Below are positions 9,885-19,259 of a stretch of DNA of 64,000 nucleotides, piece by piece. The stretch's first letter is position 1, and every line of letters starts with the position of its first letter. The notes beneath the pieces are model-generated. The model was not told where the DNA came from, made no database searches, and saw only the letters and a list, made by a program, of their open reading frames with translations. Both the position numbers and the translations under genes were made by a program. Source of the DNA: an uncultured delta proteobacterium (GTDB lineage: Bacteria > Desulfobacterota > Binatia > JACPRU01). Where the stretch lies: assembly GCA_963745025.1 (NCBI GenBank), contig CAVUWD010000013.1, positions 32,001-96,000 on the forward strand, read 5' to 3'.

Positions 9885-11200
9885 ATGGTGAGCTATAACC
9901 AGCCGCTGGGCGATGCCTCGCTCATCGCCTGCCCGGACTGCGACCTACTGCAGCGCCTACCCGAGCTCGCGCCGGGCGCGTCGGCGCGCTGTCCGCGCTG
10001 CGACAAGGAGCTCTGGCGCCGCCGCGAGGACTCGCTCAACCGCACGCTCGCGCTGGCGACTCGCGGCCGCGGTTCTCTACGTGGTCGCGAACTCCGTGCC
10101 GATGCTCGGCCTGACCGTCGTCGGGCGCGAGGCCTCCACCACGGTCGCCGGCGGCGCGCAGCAGCTCTGGCACGACGGCCACGAGATCGTCGCCGTGCTG
10201 GTGCTCTTCACCGCGGTCGTCGCGCCGGCGCTGCAGATCGGCTTCATGCTCGCGATCGTGCTCGGGGCCCGGCGCCAGCGCCCGCCGGAAGTGGGTCGGC
10301 GACGCTGCTCCGCCATCACCCGACGGCCTCGCACCTGGAGCATGATCGAGGTGATGATGCTCGGCGTGCTGGTCGCGCTCATCAAGATCGCCGACTACGC
10401 GACGGTGATCCCGGGGCTGGCGCTGTTCGCGCTCGGCGCGCTGATCTTCCTGCTCGCCGCGATCCAGGCGAGCTTCGACCCCCGGGAGGTGTGGGACCGG
10501 GTCGAGTGGGCGGAGACGGAAGCGCGACGCGCGACGTCGCCTGGGCGCAGTGATCGAGGCGCCGTCGTGAGCGCGACCGCGATGCAGCACGGCCTGCAGG
10601 GCTGCGAGGTCTGCGGCCTGCTCTCGCGCCCGGCGCCGGGCGAGAGCGAAGGACGCTGCCCGCGCTGCGACGAGGAGCTCGTCTTCCGCAAGCCCGCGAG
10701 CCTCCAGCGCACCTGGGCGCTTCTGATCGCCGCCGCGATCTGCTACGTGCCGGCGAACCTGCTTCCGGTGCTGACGACGATCACCGCCGCGGGCGCGCGA
10801 GTCCGACACCATCCTGCAAGGCGTCGTGCTCCTCTGGTCGCCGACCGGGTGGCCGCTGTCGCTCATCGTGCTGTTCGCCAGCATCATGATCCCGAGCGCC
10901 AAGATCGTGGCGCTCGGCTACCTGCTGGTCACCGTGCAGCGCGGCTCGATCGAGAACAACGAGCAGCGCATCCGGCTCTACCGCATGGTCGAGCTCATCG
11001 GACGCTGGTCGATGGTCGACGTGTTCGTCGACACCTTCACCGCCGCGCTCGTGCAGCTCCAGCCGCTCATGTCGGTCGAGCCGGCGCCCGGTCTGTTCTT
11101 CTTCGCGGCGGTCGTGGTGCTGACGATGCTCGCCGTCGAGTCCTTCGATCCCCGCCTGATCTGGGACCCGGCCAGCTCGCGAGAGGTCCGACATGCCTGA
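9885..11200 (+). CDS. pqiA: PqiA (two Cys-motif/membrane halves, one gene or two), frameshifted
   Basis: CPDCD..CPRCD and CEVC..CPRC motifs, WSMIEV and GRWSMVDVFV. Frame changes near 10060, 10290-10330 and 10797. Confidence 0.85.
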
Positions 11201-12764
11201 TCCGAATACGCCGCCCGGCGTCCCCGAGTCGCGGACGGTCGTCAAGAAGAAGACGCGGCTCTCGCTCGTCTGGATCGTGCCGATCGTCGCCGCGCTCGTC
11301 GGCGCCTGGGTCGCCGTGACGAGGATCCTGAGCGAGGGGCCGACGATCACGATCGTCTTCAAGTCCGCCGAGGGCCTCGAGGCCGGCAAGACCAAGATCC
11401 ACTACAACGGCGTCGACGTCGGCACCATCACGACGATCCGGCTCTCGGACGACCACCAGCGGGTGATCGCCACGGCGCAGATGGCTCCAAAGACGGAGGA
11501 CTTCCTGGTCGAGGACACGAAGTTCTGGGTCGTGCGACCGCGCGATCTCCGGCGCCACCGTCTCCGGGCTGGGCACCCTCATCTCCGGGGCCTACATCGG
11601 CATGGAGATCGGCAGCTCGCACAAGAAGAAGCGCGAGTTCGTGGCGCTCGACACGCCACCGGTCGTGACCAGCGACGTCCCGGGCCGCTTCTTCGTGCTG
11701 AAGACGCCGGACCTCGGCTCGCTCGACAACGGCACGCCGATCTTCTTCCGGCGGCTGCAGGTCGGCGAGGTCGCGTCGTACGAGCTCGACAAGGACGGCC
11801 AGTCCTTGAGCGTCAAGGTGTTCGTGAACGCGCCCTACGACCAGTACGTCAACCCGGACACGCGCTTCTGGCACGCGAGCGGGATCGACGTGTCGCTCTC
11901 CGCGAGCGGCCTCAACGTGCAGACGCAGTCGGTGCTCTCGCATCCTGATCGGCGGCATCGCCTTCGAGACGCCCGCCACCGGTGCGGTCCTGCCGGCCGG
12001 CCGACGCGAACACGGTCTTCACCCTGTTCCGCGACCGCACCCACGCCTTCAAGCCGCCCGCCTCGCGATCCGCAGACGTTCGTGCTCGTCTTCAAGCAAT
12101 CGGTCCGCGGGCTTGCACCGGGCGCACCGGTGGAGTTCCGCGGCATCCCGATCGGCGAGGTCGTGGAGGTCGACCGCCCAGGTCGATGCGAAGACCGTGG
12201 AGTTCTCCGTGCCGGTGACGGTCCGCGTGGACGCGCAGAGGCTCGGAGTCAAGCTCCTGAACGCGCCCTCGCCGGAGGTCTTCGAAGCCGCGCGGAGAAA
12301 GATGATCGACACCATGGTCTCGCGTGGCTTCCGTGCACAGCTGCGCACGGGGAACCTGCTGACCGGGGCGCTGTTCGTGGCGTTCGATGCGTTTCCCGAC
12401 GCGCCGCCGGCGACGGTCGACTGGTCGCAGACACCGCCACAGCTGCCGACCATTCCGGGGGAGCTCGAGGCGATCGAGGCGAGCATCGTCAAGATCATCA
12501 AGAAGTTCGACAAGCTGCCCATCGAGGCGATCGGAGCCGAAGCCCAGAAAGCACTCGTCGATCTCCGAGGTACGCTTGCATCCGCGAACGCGCACGCTCG
12601 ACACGGCGGACAAGACCATCGCGCCGAACTCGGCGCTCAGCAACGAGCTGATCGGAGCCCTGGGAGAGGTGAGCGGCGCCGCGCGGGCAGTGCGCGTGCT
12701 CGCGGACTATCTCGAGCGTCATCCCGAGTCGCTCCTGCGCGGCAAGAGCGGGGAGGCCAAGTGA
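11193..12764 (+). CDS. pqiB: PqiB MCE/MlaD-domain protein, multiply frameshifted
   Basis: SLVWIVPIVA, AEGLEAGKTKI, TKFWVVRP, TRFWHASG, SVRGLAPGAPVEFRGIPIGEV and LERHPESLLRGK are spread over several frames. Confidence 0.88.
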
Positions 12765-13363
12765 TCGCATATCGTCGCATTGCACAGCTGCTCTCGGTCG
12801 CGCTTGTGGCCACGACCGTAACTGCTTGTGGGCCCTCCGCGACGGCACGGTTCTACACCCTCACCTCCACGGCGACGGCGGAGGGTACGCCAGCTGCGAA
12901 CTACGCGGTCGCGGTCGGGCCGGTCTCCGTCCCGGGTTACGTCGACCGCCCCGAGTTCGTGGTGCAGGTCGCGCAGAACCGCGTCGAGCTCGAAGAGTTC
13001 GACCGCTGGGCCGCTCCGCTCGACGACGGAATCGCTCGCGTCGTCGCGGGCGACCTCGCCACCCTGCTCGGCACGACCCAGGTCGCCGCGGCCCCGTTGC
13101 CGCCGGGCTTCGCCCCCGCCTATCAGGTGACGATCGACGTCCAGCGATTCGAGTCGACGCCGGGCCAGGGTGTGCTGATCGATGCCGTCTGGGTAGTACG
13201 GAAATCGGCGGGCGGCGATCCTCGCATGGGCCGCACGGTTGCCAGCGAAAGCGCCGGAGGCGAGGGTTTCGAGGCGCTCGCCGCCGCGCACAGCCGCGCC
13301 CTCGCGAAGCTGAGCGCCGATATCGCGGCTGCGATCCGAGCGGCGGCCTCGATGAAGCCATAG
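12761..13363 (+). CDS. pqiC: PqiC family lipoprotein
   Basis: GTG overlaps the pqiB stop. Lipobox VTAC, RFYTL, VGPVSVPGYVDRP and RWAAPL. Confidence 0.9.
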   Translation: MIAYRRIAQLLSVALVATTVTACGPSATARFYTLTSTATAEGTPAANYAVAVGPVSVPGYVDRPEFVVQVAQNRVELEEFDRWAAPLDDGIARVVAGDLATLLGTTQVAAAPLPPGFAPAYQVTIDVQRFESTPGQGVLIDAVWVVRKSAGGDPRMGRTVASESAGGEGFEALAAAHSRALAKLSADIAAAIRAAASMKP

Positions 13364-13558
13364 GGGCCTGCTGACGAACGAAACGAGAGCGGAGTCGGCG
13401 CGGACGGCGAAGAGTCCCAACCAAGCCAGCCCTCATCGACCCCGCGCATACCGCCGCTTCGGTTGTTTCGTCGTGACTAGTTGCAGATATTGCGAAAACC
13501 GATAGGAAGCCAAAAAACAGCGGGTAGAATTCGCTCAACCAACGAAAGGGAGGAACGA

Positions 13559-14159
13559 ATGAAGACCACGATTGGAAAAGGCCTCGCACTCGCGGCCATC
13601 GCCGCGTCGATCGCCGGCTTCGCACCCAAGGCGATCGCGGCAGACGCCGCGCCGTCGGCGAAGGTCACCAGCGGGAAGGTGGGCGGAACCGTCACGGTGA
13701 CGGCGACGGTCGAGGACGTCGACGTCGCCAAGCGGGTCGTCAAGCTGAAGGACGAGAACGGGGAGGTCACCGAGCTTCAGGTTCCCGAAGGAAGTGAGGA
13801 ACTTGCCACAGGTCAAGAAGGGCGACCTGGTCGTAGCGACTTATCACGAGGCGGTCGCCTACGAGGTGTTCAAAGCCGGGACAGAGATGCCGGGCGGGCA
13901 AGGCTCGGTGGTCACCGAAAGGGCCAAGCTTGGGGAGAAGCCGCACGCCGGCGTCGCGGAGATTTCGTCCGTGACGGCCACGATTCAAGCGATCGACAAG
14001 GCGACCTCGAAAGTCACGTTGAAGGGGCCCGAGGGCAACGAAGTCACCGTGAAGGTCAAGGACCCGAAGAAGCTCGAGGGTGTGAACGTCGGCGATCAGG
14101 TCCAGCTCACCTACACCCGCGCGCTGGCGATCTCCGTGCGTCCGGCACCGAAGAAGTGA
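13559..14159 (+). CDS. Exported protein with two OB-fold-like repeats; frameshift near 13792
   Basis: RBS GGAGG and signal peptide. Repeats VTATVEDVD..VKKGDLVVATY and VTATIQAID..VNVGDQVQLTY. Confidence 0.75.
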
Positions 14160-14200
14160 TCGGACCGAAGTTCGAGCCGGCGGCGAACGAGGAGTCGACG

Positions 14201-14695
14201 ATGTACCGAGTGAAGAGAGCCTTCCTCGGCGCAGCGCTGGGTCTCGCAGCGGTCGTTTTCGCGGCCGGAACCGCCGCTGCGCAGCCCTACATCTATCCTG
14301 CCAAGGGGCAGTCGCCCGCGCAGCAGCAGAAGGACGAGGGGGAATGCCGCAGCTGGGCAATGCAGCAGCCCGGCGCGCAACCGCCGCCTCCTCCGGCGCC
14401 CCCGCCGAGCGCGCCGCAGGGCCCGCAGGGTCACGTGGTTCGGGGTGGCGCGAGGGGCGCGGCGCTGGGCGCCGTCGGCGGCGCGATCGCCGGAGACGCG
14501 GGCAAGGGAGCCGCGGCGGGTGCGGCGATGGGAGGAATGATGGGAGGCTTCAAACACATCGATCAGCAACGCGCGGCCCAGCAGTCCCAGCAGAGCTACT
14601 ACCAGGCGCAGTCCCAGGCCCAAGCGCGGGCCAACGCGTCGTACGAGCGCGCCCTTGCCGCCTGCCTCGAGGGCCGCGGCTACACGGTCAAATAG
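14201..14695 (+). CDS. Glycine-zipper exported/membrane protein
   Basis: Signal peptide, YIYPAKGQS..D..EC..WA, GAARGAALGA-type glycine zipper and ACLEGRGYTVK end. Confidence 0.85.
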   Translation: MYRVKRAFLGAALGLAAVVFAAGTAAAQPYIYPAKGQSPAQQQKDEGECRSWAMQQPGAQPPPPPAPPPSAPQGPQGHVVRGGARGAALGAVGGAIAGDAGKGAAAGAAMGGMMGGFKHIDQQRAAQQSQQSYYQAQSQAQARANASYERALAACLEGRGYTVK

Positions 14696-14713
14696 AGCCG
14701 CGAGGGGAGATCG

Positions 14714-15109
14714 ATGCGAAGCGTCATTATGTTCGGTGCGTTGGTCGGGCTCGGTCTGGCTTCTTCGGCTCTTGCGGCTCGCGCCTTCGATGGCTCGGTG
14801 CCCCTGATCTGCGCCGTCACGTCGATGTTCGATTGCACGCGCGAGGCGGGATGCGAGCGCCAAGTTCCGGGCGAGGGCGAGGAGCTCTGGCGGGTCAACG
14901 TGGAGAAGCGCGTCGTCAGCAACCTCGATGGCGCCCGCAGCTCGCCCATCAACACGGTCGAGCACAAGGACGGGCAGCTCCTCCTGCAAGGCATTCAGAA
15001 CGGGTGGGCGTGGAGCCTCGTGCTCTACGAGGAGACCGGCCGCATGTCGGCAGGAATCGCCGACGCCGACGGTGTCATCGTGATCTCGGGCGGTTGCGCC
15101 GCTCCGTGA
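14714..15109 (+). CDS. Hypothetical exported Cys-containing protein
   Basis: RBS, signal peptide, LICAV...C.....C and a terminal GC. In operon order with neighbours. Confidence 0.7.
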   Translation: MRSVIMFGALVGLGLASSALAARAFDGSVPLICAVTSMFDCTREAGCERQVPGEGEELWRVNVEKRVVSNLDGARSSPINTVEHKDGQLLLQGIQNGWAWSLVLYEETGRMSAGIADADGVIVISGGCAAP

Positions 15110-15139
15110 GACGATGCTCCCTCTCGACGTGCTATCTCC

Positions 15140-15901
15140 ATGAGTTTCGTTCTCAGAACTCTGCTGTTCGATCTCGGCCTGTTCCTCGGCATGCTGCTCC
15201 TCCTCGAAATCGGCCGGCGGATCGCCGAGAATCGCGGGGCAGCACCCTCGGGCGCCGGCGTGGTGGACGGGGCGGTCTTCGGCTTGCTCGGCTTGCTCAT
15301 CGCGTTCACCTTCTCGGCGGCGGCCTCGCGCTTCGACACGCGACGGCACCTGGTCGTCGAGGAGGCAAACGCGATCGGCACCGCGTACCTGCGGCTCGAT
15401 CTGCTGCCGGAGAGCGCACGGCCGGCGCTGCGCGAGAGCTTCCGCCGCTACGTGGATTCGCGGCTCGCGGTCTACCGGAAATTGCCGGACGTTCAGGCGG
15501 CGAAAGAGGAGCTGGCCCGATCCACGAGCTTGCAAGGCGAGATCTGGGCGCAGGCGGTGGCCGCCTGCCGCACGGACGCTCCTCCCTCCGCGGCCATGCT
15601 GCTGCTACCCGCGCTGAACGAGATGATCGACATCACGACCGTGCGGACGGTGGCGGCTCTGACGCACTCGCCGGTGATCATCTTCGCGATCCTCGCCGCG
15701 CTGGCGCTCGCCAGCTCGCTGCTCGCCGGCCACGGCATGGCGGGGTCCGGCAGGCGGAGCTGGCTTCACATGCTAGTGTTCGCGGCCACGATGTCGATGA
15801 CCCTATACGTCATCCTCGACCTCGAATTTCCGCGGCTCGGGTTGATCCGCCTCGATGCGTTCGACCACGTCCTGGTCGAAGTGCGTGAAAGCATGAAGTG
15901 A
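15140..15901 (+). CDS. DUF4239 (bestrophin-like) membrane protein
   Basis: GLLGLLIAFTFS.A.SRFD.RR..VVEEANAIGTAYLR and ILDLEFPRLGLIR. Confidence 0.85.
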   Translation: MSFVLRTLLFDLGLFLGMLLLLEIGRRIAENRGAAPSGAGVVDGAVFGLLGLLIAFTFSAAASRFDTRRHLVVEEANAIGTAYLRLDLLPESARPALRESFRRYVDSRLAVYRKLPDVQAAKEELARSTSLQGEIWAQAVAACRTDAPPSAAMLLLPALNEMIDITTVRTVAALTHSPVIIFAILAALALASSLLAGHGMAGSGRRSWLHMLVFAATMSMTLYVILDLEFPRLGLIRLDAFDHVLVEVRESMK

Positions 15902-15923
15902 CCGGGCAGGATGGGGAGGGCAC

Positions 15924-16352
15924 GTGAAGCTTGACGATCAGCTTGATGGTGTTCGCGTGCGTTTTTGGCGGTGCGCTGTTTGGCATGCTGCTTCGCGCCG
16001 CTCTGCCCGAGCATCATCTCAATAGCGATTCCAAAGACATCGTGAAGCGCAGACCCAGGCATTGAATATTGCGGTTGGTGTCGGTCAAACGCGCTGGTCG
16101 ATGTACGAACAGGGAACCACTTCGGTTTCGGTGCCTTTGCTGGTCGTACTGGTCCTGTGGCTCACCCTCATTCTCGGCAGTTTTGGACTCTTCGCTCCTG
16201 CCAACGGCACCGTGATCACCAGCTTGTGCCTCTCCGCGCTGTCGGTTTCGGGCGCGATCTTCCTGATCCTGGAGATGTACTCTCCCTATTCGGGGGTGAT
16301 CCAGGTCTCCAGCGCCCCGCTGCGCGCCGCCCTCGCCCACCTCGGCCAGTAG
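15924..16352 (+). pseudogene. Second DUF4239-type gene with a large internal deletion
   Basis: N-terminal piece (FACVFGGALFGMLLRAALPEHHLNSDSKDIVK) is joined out of frame at about 16047 to a C-terminal piece (SFGLFAP.N..AIFLILEMYSPY). Confidence 0.7.
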
Positions 16353-16358
16353 CCGCTT

Positions 16359-17282
16359 CTATCTCCAGGGTCGCCACCCGGGAAAGGCGATAGTCAACCC
16401 GAATCGAATGGTCGTTTGAGGAGCCACCGGCGCGAACTGGCGATAGGCCATCCATTCGCCGGTCACGAAGACGTTGATCGGCGGCAACCCCTCGCGAACC
16501 GTCACGTGCCCGATCCCGAAGCTGAGCGGCAACAGCGTCGCGGTGTGATGCTGCCAACTGATCGTCCAGCTGGCGTCGCCGGATTTCACATAGAAGCCCC
16601 GCCCGACGTACGCGAGCAAGATCGGTTGAATCGCGAGCACGCTCGTCCTCCTGCTATCCGGGGAGGTGTAGGCGAACGAGATCGGGTTCTGGATCAGGCC
16701 CCCCAGCAGGATGCCCGGGATGCCTTTGTAGATCGCCCCAAACCCGGGACCGACTTGCCACGAGCCCTGCCCCGCGGATTTGTCCGTCGCGGTTGGAAAG
16801 GAGAACACCGGCCCAACGCCCATCATCAGGCCGGTCTCCCTGCCGGGCCACGGGAGCACGGCGAAGTCGAAGAGCTGCATGTCGCCGAACTCGGTACGTG
16901 TAGCGCTGCCTCTGCCGGTCGGCACCGTCACCAGTTGGAAAGTCGGTCGGACGAGCTGGACGAACGGAAGCAGAGAGAAGCTCGGAATGCGTGGAATGAT
17001 CGCCCGCGCAATCACTCGGTTGGTCTGGGCGTCCGTGCCGTAGTTCGCTGGCGTGTATGCGTCCTGAATGAAGATTTGCGGCAGGGTCGTGAGCGGATCG
17101 GTGAACTCCCGAGCGAGCTTGGAGGTGTCACTGCCTACCTCCTCGTCCTGTGCGGAGGTGTCACTACCTCCCCCCTCGTTCTGTGCGGCGGTGTCGCTGC
17201 CTCCCGCCTCGTTCTGTGCGAAGGCGGTTGAGGCACAAGAGAGCATCAAGCCAATCAACAGCGCGTGGGTCAGGCGGGGCAT
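16359..17282 (-). CDS. Putative outer-membrane beta-barrel protein (family often mis-annotated as neuromedin U)
   Basis: Signal peptide, KLAREFTDPL, FGDMQL, GVGPVFSFPTAT, GQGSWQVGP and an aromatic C-terminal strand. Confidence 0.7.
   Translation of the reverse strand: MPRLTHALLIGLMLSCASTAFAQNEAGGSDTAAQNEGGGSDTSAQDEEVGSDTSKLAREFTDPLTTLPQIFIQDAYTPANYGTDAQTNRVIARAIIPRIPSFSLLPFVQLVRPTFQLVTVPTGRGSATRTEFGDMQLFDFAVLPWPGRETGLMMGVGPVFSFPTATDKSAGQGSWQVGPGFGAIYKGIPGILLGGLIQNPISFAYTSPDSRRTSVLAIQPILLAYVGRGFYVKSGDASWTISWQHHTATLLPLSFGIGHVTVREGLPPINVFVTGEWMAYRQFAPVAPQTTIRFGLTIAFPGWRPWR
17121..17219. repeat. Three imperfect in-frame 33-bp tandem repeats
   Basis: Units start at 17121, 17154 and 17187 and encode AQNEAGGSDTA, AQNEGGGSDTS and AQDEEVGSDTS after the signal peptide. 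Confidence 0.9.
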
Positions 17283-17623
17283 ACTTACCTCAGTGTGCAA
17301 GCAGCGATCCAACGGGGCTTGGTAAGTTGCGCTATTCTTTCGATTGGCATGCCTCTGAAATGGCGGAATCTCCTCCGACCGGCAACAACGTCAAGGTCGA
17401 CCTCACCTTCCGCGGCCCCTCGTCGGCTTCGGCGGGCGATTCTGACGCGGCTACCGGAGCGCGCAAGGGGGCTCTTGGCTTTCTTGCCTTCGATCTGCAC
17501 GCCGCGTGCGGGCCGGCAGCCGTCGGTAGGCCGTGAGGCTTGCATGTCGCCCCGCGGGATGATTCGAAAGGCAGGGGGCGGTGGGGTTCTGGCTGCGCGC
17601 GAATGGGAACAGGAGGGCTCTGA

Positions 17624-18709
17624 ATGAGCAAGATCGCCGCGGCGGTCGGGGTGCTGGTCCTCGTGATCGCTGCGTATCTCGCGTACCGCTACTGGCAGAT
17701 TCAGAGCCTGGCGAAGAAGTACGCGACGGCCAGCGAGATCGCCGCGGCCTCGATCCAGAAGAATGGCCCCACGTGGACCATCCACATCGAATCCGTCATC
17801 GCCGACCCGATCGACGCGGTCTGGAAGGCGCTGCGTCAGCCGGAGCGATCGGCGGAGCTCGTGCCCACGGCGTTCCATCGCTCCACCCTGGTTAAGGAAG
17901 AAGGGAGCAAGAAGACCGTAGAGCTCGAGGTCACGCTTCTCTCTCTGCCCTCGCAGAAGATGCTGGCGGAGCTCGCCTACGACGACGCCGCCCGCCAGGT
18001 GAAAATCGAAACCTCGAAGGGGTTGCAGGACATGCGCGGGCGATACCAGCTGACCGCGCTATCCCCGGAAAAGACGCTTCTCGTGTTCGAGGGAACGGCC
18101 GTCGAGAAGGTCTCGCTGCCGCTTCCGCAGTCGGTCGTCGAGGGAGCCTTGCGAGAGCTCTTCGTCGTGCAGGTGAGAGCCGTCCAGGTGGCGATTCACG
18201 GCAAGTCCACGGGGGGCACCACCACGCTAGCCGCGGCCGAGCCGCCGAAGCTCTGCGCGGGCCCTCCCCCGCCGGATTCGTCGAAGCTGGTGACGGTGAC
18301 CGTCGCCCGCGCGGCGACGAGCGAATCCGCGCCTGCGTCCGAGACGGAGTTCCGCCGCGATGTGCCCCAGGGGTACGACCGCGGTTATCTCGTGGAGGGC
18401 GTCCCGGTTCGCGAGAGCTTCCGGGCCGACACGAGATGCACCACGGCGACCGCCACCGTCGGCACGCTCACGCTGCAGGTTCAGTCCGTCCTGCTCTCGC
18501 CCGACAACCTCGAGTCTTGGGTGAAAAAGATCGATCTCAAGGCGCTCGCGTCGCTTGCCCCTTCGGGGGAAACGCAGGCGGATCAGCAGCAGAAGCTCCT
18601 CGCGTCCTTCCCGACGCCGCCTCTCGGGTGGCAGATTGTGCCGCCGACGACGGCCCCGACGCTGCCGGGGCCGCTGGCGTTTCAGGTCTACGAACAGGGG
18701 CTTTTCTGA
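17624..18709 (+). CDS. Membrane-anchored SRPBCC/START-like protein with an extra C-terminal domain
   Basis: RBS GGAGG, N-terminal TM helix, IADPIDAVWKAL and MRGRYQL (polyketide-cyclase-like pattern). Confidence 0.65.
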   Translation: MSKIAAAVGVLVLVIAAYLAYRYWQIQSLAKKYATASEIAAASIQKNGPTWTIHIESVIADPIDAVWKALRQPERSAELVPTAFHRSTLVKEEGSKKTVELEVTLLSLPSQKMLAELAYDDAARQVKIETSKGLQDMRGRYQLTALSPEKTLLVFEGTAVEKVSLPLPQSVVEGALRELFVVQVRAVQVAIHGKSTGGTTTLAAAEPPKLCAGPPPPDSSKLVTVTVARAATSESAPASETEFRRDVPQGYDRGYLVEGVPVRESFRADTRCTTATATVGTLTLQVQSVLLSPDNLESWVKKIDLKALASLAPSGETQADQQQKLLASFPTPPLGWQIVPPTTAPTLPGPLAFQVYEQGLF

Positions 18710-18806
18710 GACGGCGACGGGAATACTCTTCCGCCAACTTTGCGAACGCGCCCGGAGGCGGACAGGCGACCGTCGGCGTGCTAGGTTGGCGTCACTGGAG
18801 GTGGCA

Positions 18807-18998
18807 TTGAGCAAGGCACGTCCGTCGGTTCTGAAGCGTCGTAAGGAGGAAACCCGCAGGGAGCGCCAGCGGCTGAAGGCCGCGCGCCGCGCCGAGCGAG
18901 CCGCTGAACAGCGCGAGCAGCCCGACCTCAAGCCAGGGGAAGATCCGGACATCGCGGGCATCGTGCCTGGTCCGCAACCCCGGCACGAGGAGGATTGA
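18807..18998 (+). CDS. Small basic hypothetical protein (63 aa)
   Basis: GGAGGT upstream of TTG. Arg/Lys-rich helix followed by GEDPDIAGIVPGPQP. Confidence 0.65.
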   Translation: MSKARPSVLKRRKEETRRERQRLKAARRAERAAEQREQPDLKPGEDPDIAGIVPGPQPRHEED

Positions 18999-19011
18999 GG
19001 GTTCCCGGGGC

Positions 19012-19227
19012 TTACGGACCTGCGCGCGCCTTCCTTTCGAGCAGCCGCGCATATTTCTGGATCCGCTGCACCAGGACCTCGTAGAGCGGCGGGGCAACAT
19101 ACGGAAGATTGAGTAGCAGCAGGGTCGGCGGCTCTCCGCAGACGAGGGAGGCGTGGGGCATGCCGATTTCTCCAGCCCCGTGCCGATCGCCGCCGACCGC
19201 GACTTCGACGGTCTTCTGTGAGCTCAC
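19012..19227 (-). CDS. Possible small hypothetical protein
   Basis: 71-aa ORF filling the gap downstream of the GT gene on the same strand. No recognised motif. Confidence 0.3.
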   Translation of the reverse strand: MSSQKTVEVAVGGDRHGAGEIGMPHASLVCGEPPTLLLLNLPYVAPPLYEVLVQRIQKYARLLERKARAGP

Positions 19228-19259
19228 GCGCGCGAGGAGCTTCCGCCGTGGCGCAGCTC

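Noticed and set aside
9885-12764. Programmed frameshifting in pqiAB
   Set aside because: The shifts are too numerous, irregularly placed and lack slippery heptamers.
17121-17219. 33-bp repeats as a CRISPR array
   Set aside because: Units are contiguous with no spacers, are in frame within a CDS, and no cas genes are present.
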